A DNA stretch of 64,000 nucleotides, taken from a virus. The position numbers and the translations under genes are program-made. A model generated the notes under the pieces. That model searched no databases, was not told the origin of the DNA, and was given only the letters and a program-made list of their open reading frames with translations. The stretch is from IMG/VR virus record IMGVR_UViG_3300036770_001423, positions 1 to 64,000 of that record. One strand, written 5' to 3'. Positions within the stretch are counted from its first letter, which is position 1. Each line of letters starts with the position of its first letter. Shown here piece by piece: positions 38,173 through 47,444 of this stretch.

Positions 38173-38535
38173 TTAGCCAACAGAGCCAAATTTAACAACT
38201 ACACCTTCGTATGTTTCTTCTTGTGTGTCAGCCATGTCTTCGACATCTGACTGTTTAGCTCGTTGAAGCTCCACTTTCTCATTGTGGATAAGAAGCTCAA
38301 ACCATTTACCGCTGAGGTAAACGTGAATCTTAATAGCTGCTCCAACATCACCACGTTCTTCTAACGTAGCTGCAAGCTCTTGTAATTTCTTTAGAGAGGC
38401 AGGACCAGCTAATGACAGCATAGACTCTAACTTTGCTTTAGAGTGTTTACCTTTAGCCCCCGGCCTGCGTCCTGATGGGTTCCCAGACTTGCCCTTGGAA
38501 AAGCGGCCTTTGTCGTCACGAATTTCGTCTGTCAT
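38173..38535 (-). CDS. Putative terminase small subunit
   Basis: RDDKGRFSKGKSGNPSGR motif (DUF5681-type); upstream of terL. Confidence 0.7.
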   Translation of the reverse strand: MTDEIRDDKGRFSKGKSGNPSGRRPGAKGKHSKAKLESMLSLAGPASLKKLQELAATLEERGDVGAAIKIHVYLSGKWFELLIHNEKVELQRAKQSDVEDMADTQEETYEGVVVKFGSVG

Positions 38536-38558
38536 ATTATATTCCTCTTACATCCACT

Positions 38559-38587
38559 AATGTATCATTGACTTCTTGATTTGTCAA
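38559..38587 (-). promoter_or_regulatory. sigma70-like promoter for the packaging genes
   Basis: TTGACA-17 nt-TACATT. Confidence 0.6.
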
Positions 38588-38599
38588 GAGATATTTAAT

Positions 38600-38851
38600 T
38601 TAATTATCAAAATATGAATAATAGAAGTCAGAATGACTCTCGGAATGTAATGATGGACTTGCTCCTTCAGAGCAATTTTCTAATGTAAACGTAGGAGAGT
38701 ATTGCTTTTCTTTTGATGCGTTGATACAGCTATTACAAAGCCCTACAAGCTCATCTGAATTAGGGTATGTACGTTTCTGTTCGCCTGTATCTAATAAACG
38801 ATTACAAGCCATACAGCGGCTTATAAAGCCTGTGATTGATCTGTTTGTCAT
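38600..38851 (-). CDS. Small CxxC..CxxC zinc-finger protein
   Basis: RCMACN..LCNSC. Confidence 0.7.
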   Translation of the reverse strand: MTNRSITGFISRCMACNRLLDTGEQKRTYPNSDELVGLCNSCINASKEKQYSPTFTLENCSEGASPSLHSESHSDFYYSYFDN

Positions 38852-38863
38852 ATTGTTATTCTT

Positions 38864-39073
38864 CTAGCATGTGATTGTTGGAGGTAGTTTTTGCAAATCT
38901 GTTTTAAGGCTATCTCTGATTTGAATATATAGGTCTTGTTTTGGTGTAGTTTCTTTCTTAAACACTAAATTCAAATGGTCTTTAATGATTTCTACTTGTG
39001 TCATATTCAGCTCAGACGGATCACCAATTTCTAATAACCCTTGTAACCAATAACAGAAATTCTCTGGAGTCAT
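38864..39073 (-). CDS. Hypothetical protein
   Basis: MTPENFCYWLQG..IIKDHL.LVF motif typical of small phage proteins. Confidence 0.75.
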   Translation of the reverse strand: MTPENFCYWLQGLLEIGDPSELNMTQVEIIKDHLNLVFKKETTPKQDLYIQIRDSLKTDLQKLPPTITC

Positions 39074-39082
39074 AATGTTTCC

Positions 39083-39310
39083 CTAATCGAATTTAACATT
39101 CCAATAACTACCACACTGATTACGATAATGTAAATTAAGCACTTCTCGTAATTGTTCATAATTAAGAGAACAAACACGAGCAATCATTTCGTTATGTTCA
39201 ATTCCCCAATTATGCTCATTGTAGCGTTGATAACTGGGATGCGTCAACAACATTCTAATCTTATTTGCAAGCTTACGAATCTGTGTCTTGCTTAACTTTT
39301 TCAAATTCAT
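39083..39310 (-). CDS. Hypothetical protein
   Basis: ORF with SD and upstream TTGACA promoter. Confidence 0.65.
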   Translation of the reverse strand: MNLKKLSKTQIRKLANKIRMLLTHPSYQRYNEHNWGIEHNEMIARVCSLNYEQLREVLNLHYRNQCGSYWNVKFD

Positions 39311-39389
39311 GTGTATTCCTTATTTGCTATATGAAACTAATATAACATGAATACTCTAGTTGTCAATAGGTAATTTGAAATTATTTTAA

Positions 39390-39662
39390 TTATTCTACAA
39401 ACACTCGCCAATTACCACCAATATCACGAAGCTCGTAAGAATACCGGTAGTTGTTACACACAATAGCAAACCCATCTTCTGACCTCAGAGGTCTTGCTGA
39501 GCTAACACTATCACAACGATAACCAAATGCTTTCACTACATCAGCTACTGCGCTGATTAATTCTGAATTCATCTGTTCACTAATGATTGCATCACTCTCA
39601 ATTGGTGTTCCTGCATAAGCCAGTGATGATGCGAATAATGTTGCTAATACTAATTTCTTCAT
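39390..39662 (-). CDS. Secreted/periplasmic hypothetical protein
   Basis: Signal peptide MKKLVLATLFASSLAYA; two Cys. Confidence 0.75.
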   Translation of the reverse strand: MKKLVLATLFASSLAYAGTPIESDAIISEQMNSELISAVADVVKAFGYRCDSVSSARPLRSEDGFAIVCNNYRYSYELRDIGGNWRVFVE

Positions 39663-39673
39663 GTTTATATCTC

Positions 39674-39964
39674 CTATAACTTCAAGTACTTTTTCATTAA
39701 AAGTTTTAATTTACCTAAGTCATCCGATACTAGATCGGACTCAGTGATGCAGTCAAAGTAATCATCTATGTGTGTTTCTACCATAACCAAGAAAGCTCTG
39801 GTGTTGTTTCTATGAATTATTTCAGTAACAGGAATGACCTGATATGGGCCAACATAACGTCCAGAAATTAGTTTACATACATTGATTGGGATATTAACTT
39901 CAAAAGAGGTAATATCCCAATTGTCAGGGCCAAACGGCATAGCTAACGTCTTACTCTTATACAT
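39674..39964 (-). CDS. Hypothetical protein
   Basis: ORF with SD AGGAGG. Confidence 0.7.
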   Translation of the reverse strand: MYKSKTLAMPFGPDNWDITSFEVNIPINVCKLISGRYVGPYQVIPVTEIIHRNNTRAFLVMVETHIDDYFDCITESDLVSDDLGKLKLLMKKYLKL

Positions 39965-40109
39965 TTAAACCTCCTACAAGCAATTCTAAGCCACTTTAGA
40001 CATCATTGTGTCTCAATGTATTCCCTAACATCTAAAATGGCTCTCCGTGTGTCCTATGAGCTAATACTAAGCTATGTTTGTGTTGTTGTCAAGAATTATT
40101 TTTAAATAA

Positions 40110-41429
40110 TTATCCTTTAGCAACTTTGCTAGACACTTTACAATTGTTTCCACCAATAACAGAGTCATAAGCGTAGAACATAATTTTACGTAGCATGTCC
40201 TCGTTCTTACGCTGAACAATGAAACCGTCATGTAGAGGAATCAGTATTTCATCTTCCAATAAAACTCGCTCTATCACAATATCACACATCTGGGATTCGA
40301 TGTTCATTAACTCTAATCCTGTGTTTGGTCCTGTGGTATTCATCAAATAACCGTTGTGTTCAATTAATTTATCAATAATTGTATGCACAACTCTACCTTC
40401 TGGCCACTTACCTTCAGCCTTAGCTTTCTTGACTTCTGACTTCAGAGGTTCTTCAGTTAACGCACTGCTTAGAGCTGCCATAGCAGATGTAGGATTGTCT
40501 GTGTTAATTATCATCAATAACCCTTTCTTACTAATTGCCCTGAGTAATGATTTGTCCATACCTTCAAACTCAATACCATAAGGGTCATAGTTGTCTGGGA
40601 ATGTTACACCAGCTAAATCTGCCAAGATAGATGGATGCAAATGTTTATAATCAAGTTCAACACAAGGTTCTTTGTTTATGGTTATCTCTAAACGTGTAGC
40701 AGCGCTCTGAGCTTGCTGTGAATTAGTACCCACCAAATAGTTCCTCCCGCCATACTGGTAACTTGAGTTATTATAGATCTTCTTAACACTGAAATCAAGC
40801 TTATTGTCATGCAAACAGATCTCATTTTCTATCATAGATAGATTTAGTTTAGTAAGAATCCTAATAATGTCTTTTTGCTTTTCTGTAAGCTTCTTAGAAA
40901 TAAGATTGCCATCCTCGTCTCTAATATCCATAACACTCAGTGGTAGAGTGTCAGATTTCTCAGCTAAAGGCGTAAACAGGTCTATAAGAGCAGGGGACAA
41001 CTTCACTGCTGATGTAAATTTGTTACCAACCTTTACCTGCCTAATCTTACCTTTAGACTTTTTAAAAGATTCTAGGTCAAACTCCCAAAACACTCCGCCA
41101 TAAGACATAAAGCAATCTTTCTTAAAGACTAAGAAATCGCATAACAACATAGTGTATTTGTGACTTACCTTTCTGTTTACCTTAGTGCCGTTGTAGATCA
41201 GCGGTAAACTATATACCACCTTCTTTCTTGGGATATAAACCATATCCTTTCCTTTAGATACAACGAACACTGTGTTCTTAACGAAACAACATACTGCCTT
41301 GTAGCTTAGGTCTTTAGTCTGGTTTGTTATTACTACTTCTTTACTCTCTAGCCACTCTATGAATTCTTCATGCAATGAGTTACTAATACTATTTAAATAT
41401 TTAGGTATAACATAGTCCAATAGATACAA
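40110..41429 (-). CDS. Polymerase-fold protein related to family A DNA polymerases / T7-like RNA polymerases (TV-Pol-like)
   Basis: GGRNY; motif A ELDYKHLHPSIL; motif B RAISKKGLL; motif C PLHDG; TTG start after SD AGGAGG. Confidence 0.65.
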   Translation of the reverse strand: MYLLDYVIPKYLNSISNSLHEEFIEWLESKEVVITNQTKDLSYKAVCCFVKNTVFVVSKGKDMVYIPRKKVVYSLPLIYNGTKVNRKVSHKYTMLLCDFLVFKKDCFMSYGGVFWEFDLESFKKSKGKIRQVKVGNKFTSAVKLSPALIDLFTPLAEKSDTLPLSVMDIRDEDGNLISKKLTEKQKDIIRILTKLNLSMIENEICLHDNKLDFSVKKIYNNSSYQYGGRNYLVGTNSQQAQSAATRLEITINKEPCVELDYKHLHPSILADLAGVTFPDNYDPYGIEFEGMDKSLLRAISKKGLLMIINTDNPTSAMAALSSALTEEPLKSEVKKAKAEGKWPEGRVVHTIIDKLIEHNGYLMNTTGPNTGLELMNIESQMCDIVIERVLLEDEILIPLHDGFIVQRKNEDMLRKIMFYAYDSVIGGNNCKVSSKVAKG

Positions 41430-41544
41430 TTAAAGCCTCCTAAAGTTTACCTAGGACGGTAAGGGAACCAAGTTGCTAGTAAAATAACAAAGAAACCCTT
41501 ATGTACCAAGGGCTACAGCCTAGTTTTATAGATAGTTTTCTACA

Positions 41545-41763
41545 TCAGACCTTGTGTAAAAACATCTCATATTCTAAGTCAAATACAGCAGCAATCTCAA
41601 GTAATTTATCGAGAGATACGTTCTCACCTTTAAGCCAGAAACTAACCATCTGCCTTGATACCCCGAGTTTCTTAGCCAGATCGGATTGTGATGTTCCAGA
41701 GAATTTTAATTCATCGTTAATATCATCAATCAATTTTAATTTAAGTTCTTGTAAATTCTTCAT
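41545..41763 (-). CDS. XRE-family helix-turn-helix regulator
   Basis: SQSDLAKKLGVSRQMVSFWLKG; SD AAGGAG. Confidence 0.85.
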   Translation of the reverse strand: MKNLQELKLKLIDDINDELKFSGTSQSDLAKKLGVSRQMVSFWLKGENVSLDKLLEIAAVFDLEYEMFLHKV

Positions 41764-41926
41764 ACTAACTCCTTTACTCCTATAGTATAACACGTATTAG
41801 AATATTGTCAATAAATATTATTGTCAACTAATTACTTGACAAGACCAAACGCAAATATTTAAAATTGCGTTTACCTCAACAGCTACCCACATTACCACAC
41901 CAAATATCCAATGTCAACTTATTTCG

Positions 41927-41955
41927 ATTGACAAAACACACTTATTGTGTTACTC
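41927..41955 (+). promoter_or_regulatory. sigma70-like promoter for the tailspike 2 cassette
   Basis: TTGACA-17 nt-TACTCT. Confidence 0.6.
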
Positions 41956-41996
41956 TTTTGGATGTTAAATGTCTTAACAATTAAGAGAATATCACA

Positions 41997-42170
41997 ATGA
42001 GAGATATTGTGCAAGTAAATGCGACAATTTACAGCCCGTCTGCTGGGATAATTAGTGTTGGAAGTAAGATAGAGCCAATAAACCCTGTAGAAACAGACGG
42101 GTTTTTAGATGAATATAGCTATATGTTTGATGAAAGTATTTTATCAGACGATGTTGAATTATGGAGTTAA
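41997..42170 (+). CDS. Small acidic protein (57 aa) upstream of tailspike 2
   Basis: MRDIVQVNATIYSPSAG..DDVELWS; ends 3 nt before the tailspike ATG. Confidence 0.6.
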   Translation: MRDIVQVNATIYSPSAGIISVGSKIEPINPVETDGFLDEYSYMFDESILSDDVELWS

Positions 42171-42173
42171 TGG

Positions 42174-44225
42174 ATGTCAATTAATAAATTAGTTGCTGAT
42201 TACAAAGGTAGTCCTAGTAACAGTAAAGGTAGTAATATCAGGGATGCTGTGAACCAGCTGATTGACGCGCATGTATCGCACCTGAAGTCGCTTCCTGTCG
42301 CTGCTAAGGCGCAGACGGATACGGTTTATAACGTGATTGGGTTCTATGCTGGCAGCACCAAAGGTGGTAGCCGGTTTATTTACGACCAAAACATGTCAAA
42401 AGCCATGCACAATGGCGGCACTGTAATAGCGCCTGAAGCACTGGCAGCGTGGAGTGGAACACATGCTGACTTGACCACGCTTCTGGTGTGGTATGGTACA
42501 GGTTCTGGCTGTTATGTCTCAATAGAACAAAATATAAATGCCGCCATGTTTGGTGCGGTCTGTGACGGGACGTTAGACGATGTGCAATCAATTGAAGCTG
42601 CCTTTAACTTTGCTAACACACTTATAAATGGAAGTGTGACACTTGGTGCATATCACAGAATAAGCCGTTCTATTAAATTCAGAAAGTATGTAACTGTAAT
42701 CGGAAATGGCAGCTGGATTCTGAATTACGGGACAGAAGATGCTTGTATTCCGCATCCTGACGACGGAATAGTTCTGGCAAGAGTAAGCGGATTCAATATC
42801 ACTTATCAGAACTACGGATCTCCTTTGAACCCAAATAGCCCACCATACACAGTTGATAAAACAAAAAAGCTGGGTAATCAAATAGTATGGTCTCATATGT
42901 CAACTTTCATAGCTGACGGTCTAAAACATTCATCGTCAGGAAGGTACTTCCAAGACTTCGAGCGGATCAATGTTTACTGGCATCGATACGGATTTCATAT
43001 GCTTGGCTGGACAATTCAAGGCAGAAACTGCCGTGCTCTATACAACGCGAGAGGTTTCTTTGGGTCTAACGCTGCCATTAATTCCGTCAGATACCCTGTT
43101 CACGCACTACAGCTTAATGATTGTCACGCGATAGCGAACACCGAAAACGGGGTAGATATTCGGTTCGCCGACGGCGTCAATCTGAAGGGCTGTCACAGCG
43201 AAAAAAACTATTCCCGCAATATCAGAGCTGAAGGTGTCCGTGGGTTAACACTAGATCAGTTTTATCAAGAGTATTCGGACGGCAGTATCTTACTGTTTAA
43301 CAGTCAGGGTGTTGATATTAATGGATACAGCTCTGGGAACAGACAAGTTTACAAAGGTTATGCTAAATCAGCTCAGGCATACTACGAAGAAACGATTGTT
43401 AGCGGCACCTCGGTAAATGTAACGGCATATAACTCCAGTACCAAAATCGGTATTGATAACTTCGACAGTGTACCCACAGCTGAAATTGCTGTAATCAGAA
43501 ATGATGGATATTTACCACCAGCTAACTGGTCAAGGTCAAGCTCAACTATCACGGTACCGTCTGCGGTCGCCGGTGATGTTATATCGGTTATTGCATATGC
43601 CTACAGAAACCCTGCGGTTGACCTTGCTGCGATCCAAGACAAATACGAGCTTGGTGCGAACTATCCGCTTGAGGTTCAGCACGCCCAAAACGTCCAGTTT
43701 GGCGGCTTTGTCACCAGCTATCGCACAGGTCCTGCGCTGACCAACGATTTTGATTTAGCGAACCTCGCCGCCAGTAAAGATATCTATTACAACGCATTTC
43801 TGAAAGACACTACAGTATATAATGTCCCAAGCATGTATTTTCCGTGGGGTACAGGTTTTGCTCTAAAGCAGAATTTCAACAGAGGCTTGGTGATAAAGAA
43901 CGATACAGACCCAAATGTTGAAGTCAGCTTTACAGGAACGCAGCACTATCCACAAAGTGGTCAAGTAGGTACGATATCTCTGCCCAACGCAAATGCTACA
44001 CTTTTCATGGTGATTTCTGCAAATGGCTGTGCAATGTTCACATTTGACGGTAACGGGTCAATTTATCCTGCCGCTGTTTCAGGACAAAACTACACAATAC
44101 AGCAAACGAATGCGGCTACAGCTAACAAGTTAAACTTGTATAGTGCCGGGGCCAACCTGTTAGGATTTGATAACAGGCTCGGGTATGCTACTCAGTTCAC
44201 ACTTTTACGACTATCTGATAATTAA
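42174..44225 (+). CDS. Tailspike 2, beta-helix depolymerase
   Basis: N-terminus homologous to tailspike 1; AMFGAVCDGTLDD entry motif; beta-helix repeats. Confidence 0.85.
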   Translation: MSINKLVADYKGSPSNSKGSNIRDAVNQLIDAHVSHLKSLPVAAKAQTDTVYNVIGFYAGSTKGGSRFIYDQNMSKAMHNGGTVIAPEALAAWSGTHADLTTLLVWYGTGSGCYVSIEQNINAAMFGAVCDGTLDDVQSIEAAFNFANTLINGSVTLGAYHRISRSIKFRKYVTVIGNGSWILNYGTEDACIPHPDDGIVLARVSGFNITYQNYGSPLNPNSPPYTVDKTKKLGNQIVWSHMSTFIADGLKHSSSGRYFQDFERINVYWHRYGFHMLGWTIQGRNCRALYNARGFFGSNAAINSVRYPVHALQLNDCHAIANTENGVDIRFADGVNLKGCHSEKNYSRNIRAEGVRGLTLDQFYQEYSDGSILLFNSQGVDINGYSSGNRQVYKGYAKSAQAYYEETIVSGTSVNVTAYNSSTKIGIDNFDSVPTAEIAVIRNDGYLPPANWSRSSSTITVPSAVAGDVISVIAYAYRNPAVDLAAIQDKYELGANYPLEVQHAQNVQFGGFVTSYRTGPALTNDFDLANLAASKDIYYNAFLKDTTVYNVPSMYFPWGTGFALKQNFNRGLVIKNDTDPNVEVSFTGTQHYPQSGQVGTISLPNANATLFMVISANGCAMFTFDGNGSIYPAAVSGQNYTIQQTNAATANKLNLYSAGANLLGFDNRLGYATQFTLLRLSDN

Positions 44226-44286
44226 AAGTGTTAAGAATATAAGTTAAGCATAAAATTATTAACTTAGATATCAGTTTTCTAAACCA

Positions 44287-44311
44287 AAGCCCGCCTCCGT
44301 GCGGGCTTTTT
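44287..44311 (+). terminator. Intrinsic terminator
   Basis: AAAGCCCGC-CTCCGT-GCGGGCTTTTT. Confidence 0.85.
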
Positions 44312-44366
44312 CATTTCTAAGATTCCTTAATCAGTAACCCCTCTTTCTAAATTCCACAAATACCTA

Positions 44367-44395
44367 TTGACAACCAATCAACAACACTGTAGTCT
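44367..44395 (+). promoter_or_regulatory. sigma70-like promoter
   Basis: TTGACA-17 nt-TAGTCT with extended TG. Confidence 0.65.
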
Positions 44396-44428
44396 GTGCA
44401 GACATTAACACATGTGAGGAGAAAATTA

Positions 44429-44974
44429 ATGCTTGAAACAATAAAAAAGGTTTGGAGGGATCAATTCTTAGCTGAAGGTGAAAGTCAAATCAAGTATCAG
44501 ACAGATGCAGAGCTTACTAAACCAGAGCTTACTGAGAAGGTTATTGGTGAAATGGGTATTAAGCTAGGTCTTGATACATTCACACTCTACACAAGCCACG
44601 ATAACGAAGTTCACCAGAAACAACTAGCTTCTCCTGTAGTGACGTTCTTGAAAGTGATTAAGAAAGGGTTTGATGAAGGTAAGATTAACTTCCCATCAAG
44701 AGACATGGACGATTGTACTGTTCGTGTAAACTTTACCGATAAACTTCTGTTTTGGTTAAAGTTTAGCAACCAAGAGAATGTGCTATCCTTCTTTGAAGGG
44801 TTTAAATTGTCAGGTATTCGTCTTGAATTTCCTTCGAGTATGAATTATCTTACAGACAGTGAACGTTACTGGATCAGTCGTTATGTCGGTTATCGTTTAC
44901 AGCTTGTATCTCAAGCAGAGGAAGAAAAACGTCGAGCAGCGACAGAGTTAGAGCTACAGGAGTTATTGAAATGA
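44429..44974 (+). CDS. Hypothetical protein
   Basis: ORF; start after SD GAGGAG. Confidence 0.75.
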   Translation: MLETIKKVWRDQFLAEGESQIKYQTDAELTKPELTEKVIGEMGIKLGLDTFTLYTSHDNEVHQKQLASPVVTFLKVIKKGFDEGKINFPSRDMDDCTVRVNFTDKLLFWLKFSNQENVLSFFEGFKLSGIRLEFPSSMNYLTDSERYWISRYVGYRLQLVSQAEEEKRRAATELELQELLK

Positions 44975-45201
44975 AAATCTCAGAACCACTAATCCATGAG
45001 CTTTTAGAATTAACAAGACTGTTCGCACATCTTCCATATAACGCAATCTTTATGTTTGTGGCTTATGAGGATAAAAGAACGCTTGACTTCTTCTATGAGA
45101 ACATTTATATTCCTATGACTGAAGGTAATCGGGACTACGGAAGTAACGTAGTTGCGTTGTTGAATGAAATAAAAAGTGAATTGGAGGTGACAATTGGTTA
45201 A
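44971..45201 (+). CDS. Hypothetical protein
   Basis: ATGA overlap with upstream gene. Confidence 0.7.
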   Translation: MKISEPLIHELLELTRLFAHLPYNAIFMFVAYEDKRTLDFFYENIYIPMTEGNRDYGSNVVALLNEIKSELEVTIG

Positions 45202-45835
45202 AATTGATGAAGACATCTTAGCGACAATTGAGAGTATTGCTGAGAATACTATTGGTTATGAAGTGTATTTGGGTGGTGGTGCCCTACGTGACTGGTACAT
45301 GGGTAAATCTGCTAAAGACTTAGACCTGTTCTTTGTTCCAGTGGAGAATGCACCACAGTATTTGTTACACGACACACACCGTAACTTACAGTATAGTTAT
45401 CGAATGGAAACAAATGAGACACAATCCCTGTATCAACGAGGTGTTGAACAACTGATTGGTTTTAAAACTCCGTCTTTAGTGGTTCCTGAGCTTCAGTTTA
45501 TCGTGTATGGTACAACGTTGACAGCAGAAGAACTCACGGAAGACATGGATATTGGTATTTGTCAGATTATGTATCACATTCTGTCTGGTAAATTCTATGT
45601 ATCTGAGAATTTCAAGAAGGATGTTGCGGCTAAAGAGATCCGCTGTTATCATAAATACGACAAATATCGCATGATTGAGCGATTTGATAGGATGCAACGT
45701 AAGTTTAGCGACTTTAAGTGTGTTGGTAAACCTACGGTCGGGTTTAATGACTTCATTGACTCACCAATCGAAGCTATCAGCAGTGTTTATCGTAAGATTA
45801 AACCACGTAAAGTTAGTTGTAGCAGTGGCTACTAA
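45194..45835 (+). CDS. Nucleotidyltransferase (CCA-adding/poly(A) polymerase head-like)
   Basis: YLGGGALRD..KDLDLF signature. Confidence 0.8.
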   Translation: MVKIDEDILATIESIAENTIGYEVYLGGGALRDWYMGKSAKDLDLFFVPVENAPQYLLHDTHRNLQYSYRMETNETQSLYQRGVEQLIGFKTPSLVVPELQFIVYGTTLTAEELTEDMDIGICQIMYHILSGKFYVSENFKKDVAAKEIRCYHKYDKYRMIERFDRMQRKFSDFKCVGKPTVGFNDFIDSPIEAISSVYRKIKPRKVSCSSGY

Positions 45836-45844
45836 CCAAGGTTA

Positions 45845-45950
45845 GCTCTAAAACGCTCTAGGAACGATTATAAGCGATTATTTTATTTATGGCTACGTAT
45901 GTATCACTTTACAAAGATAATTGATTATAGGCGATTATAGAGCTATTATA
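45845..45950. repeat. Dispersed intergenic element with phased TA steps (copy B)
   Basis: TA at 45849/45859/45869/45879; GATTATAG repeated at 10-bp spacing; shares AACGCTCTAGGAA and TTATAGAGC with copy A. Confidence 0.7.
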
Positions 45951-45974
45951 ATTGATTTTAACAGGAGGATTGGA

Positions 45975-46214
45975 ATGAAATACAGAGTGGTAAAAGTTGA
46001 CGATAACAACTTTATCCCCCAATACAAGAGTTGGTGGTCATTCGGTTGGAGAAACTTCTATGTAGATTATGGTTTTGGTAACAGAAACGCTATTTCGTTC
46101 TTTACAGAAGCATATGCAATCGAATATTGCCAGAAGAAAATCAAAATTAAAGAACCTGAGAAAGTTGTATGGGAATCAAGTACATATTATTCTAACGGTT
46201 TTGGGCCAGAATAA
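45975..46214 (+). CDS. Hypothetical protein
   Basis: Start after SD AGGAGG. Confidence 0.7.
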   Translation: MKYRVVKVDDNNFIPQYKSWWSFGWRNFYVDYGFGNRNAISFFTEAYAIEYCQKKIKIKEPEKVVWESSTYYSNGFGPE

Positions 46215-46226
46215 GGAGAACGAATA

Positions 46227-47039
46227 ATGAGTAAATTCGCAAACAGCCCATTTCAATGGGCTGGTAGTAAGAACAAAGTGCTACCAATTTTACTGCCAGT
46301 GTTAGAAAAGTACAGGAAGAAAGTTTTCTGTGAACCATTCGTAGGAGCGGCCAACGTTGCTTTAAATTTCGATGCTGAGAGATATATCCTAAGTGATGCT
46401 AATTTAGACCTTATTTATTCTTTTAGGGAAATAAAGGAAGATTGTTTTAAATATATTCGAGATTGTAATTGGTTATTCTCTGGCGGTTTTGAAGATTACT
46501 ACAAGAACAGGGATTTGTTTAATCAACTTCATCCACGACATCGTAGTGCTTTGTTTCAATATTTAAACAAGCATGGGTTCAACGGTCTGTGCAGATACAA
46601 CAGTAAAGGACAGTTTAATGTACCAATCGGAACAATAGGTAAACCTAAACAAGTCCCCGAAGAACAGATTAAATATTTTAGTGCAAGGTTTACTGGGACA
46701 CCTACATATTTTCAGTTCGGCAGTTATGAACAAGTGTTTGAACAAATGGAGAACGTAGAGGAAGCTCTAATTTACTGCGATCCTCCTTATGTACCATTAA
46801 CAAGTAATTTCAAATATACTGCGGATTCGTTTGATTTTGAACATCAGGTGAGGCTGAAAGAATTAGCTAAAGAGAGTAAACATACTACAATTATCAGTAA
46901 CCACTTTACTGAGTTCACTGAATCTCTATACAAGGACGCTGACGAGACTATCGTGTTCGATGTGCAGAGAACCATTAGTTGTAAAGGAAGTGACCGTAAG
47001 AAAGTTCAGGAAGTGATTGCTGTGTACAAAGGAGAATAA
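46227..47039 (+). CDS. dam: DNA adenine methyltransferase (Dam family)
   Basis: WAGSK, EPFVGA, FNGLCRYN..FNVP, YCDPPY motifs. Confidence 0.92.
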   Translation: MSKFANSPFQWAGSKNKVLPILLPVLEKYRKKVFCEPFVGAANVALNFDAERYILSDANLDLIYSFREIKEDCFKYIRDCNWLFSGGFEDYYKNRDLFNQLHPRHRSALFQYLNKHGFNGLCRYNSKGQFNVPIGTIGKPKQVPEEQIKYFSARFTGTPTYFQFGSYEQVFEQMENVEEALIYCDPPYVPLTSNFKYTADSFDFEHQVRLKELAKESKHTTIISNHFTEFTESLYKDADETIVFDVQRTISCKGSDRKKVQEVIAVYKGE

Positions 47040-47040
47040 C

Positions 47041-47253
47041 ATGCACGACAACCTTTATTCCTACGATAGACGTAATGGGTTTGAACTTGTAGTAGAGCCT
47101 ATGCCTTGCGAAGACAAAGCTTACGTGGGTATGGTGTACTATCAAGGAAAACTGAAATACAAAACACCATTACGTTTCAATCCAGATGATTGTCGAGAGG
47201 AAATCTTGAAGGATTTAGAAGCATATCTGGATAATTTCGGCGCAGTCTATTGA
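47041..47253 (+). CDS. Hypothetical protein
   Basis: SD AAGGAG. Confidence 0.7.
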   Translation: MHDNLYSYDRRNGFELVVEPMPCEDKAYVGMVYYQGKLKYKTPLRFNPDDCREEILKDLEAYLDNFGAVY

Positions 47254-47309
47254 CAAATAAGAAATTAGTGATAATATTGAATTATCATTAATTATTGAGG
47301 AGAGAAATT

Positions 47310-47444
47310 ATGAAAGATTTGCTTATTATCGTTACACTGGCTATTATACAAGGGATGGCAATAAAACTGGGTTGGTATTTTGTTGCTGGAATGGTAGTCG
47401 GTGCTTCTTATTTTCTTGGCGCTGAATTCGGGGAGAAGAAATGA
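47310..47444 (+). CDS. Small membrane protein
   Basis: 44 aa hydrophobic ORF, SD GAGGAG, below ORF-track cutoff. Confidence 0.6.
   Translation: MKDLLIIVTLAIIQGMAIKLGWYFVAGMVVGASYFLGAEFGEKK

Noticed and set aside
41545-41793. XRE protein as a lysogeny repressor
   Set aside because: No integrase, att site or peptidase domain in the window; gene content fits a lytic phage, although the rest of the genome is unseen.
45921-45974. N-terminal extension of ORF 45921..46214
   Set aside because: It lies within the phased repeat element; SD AGGAGG supports the start at 45975.
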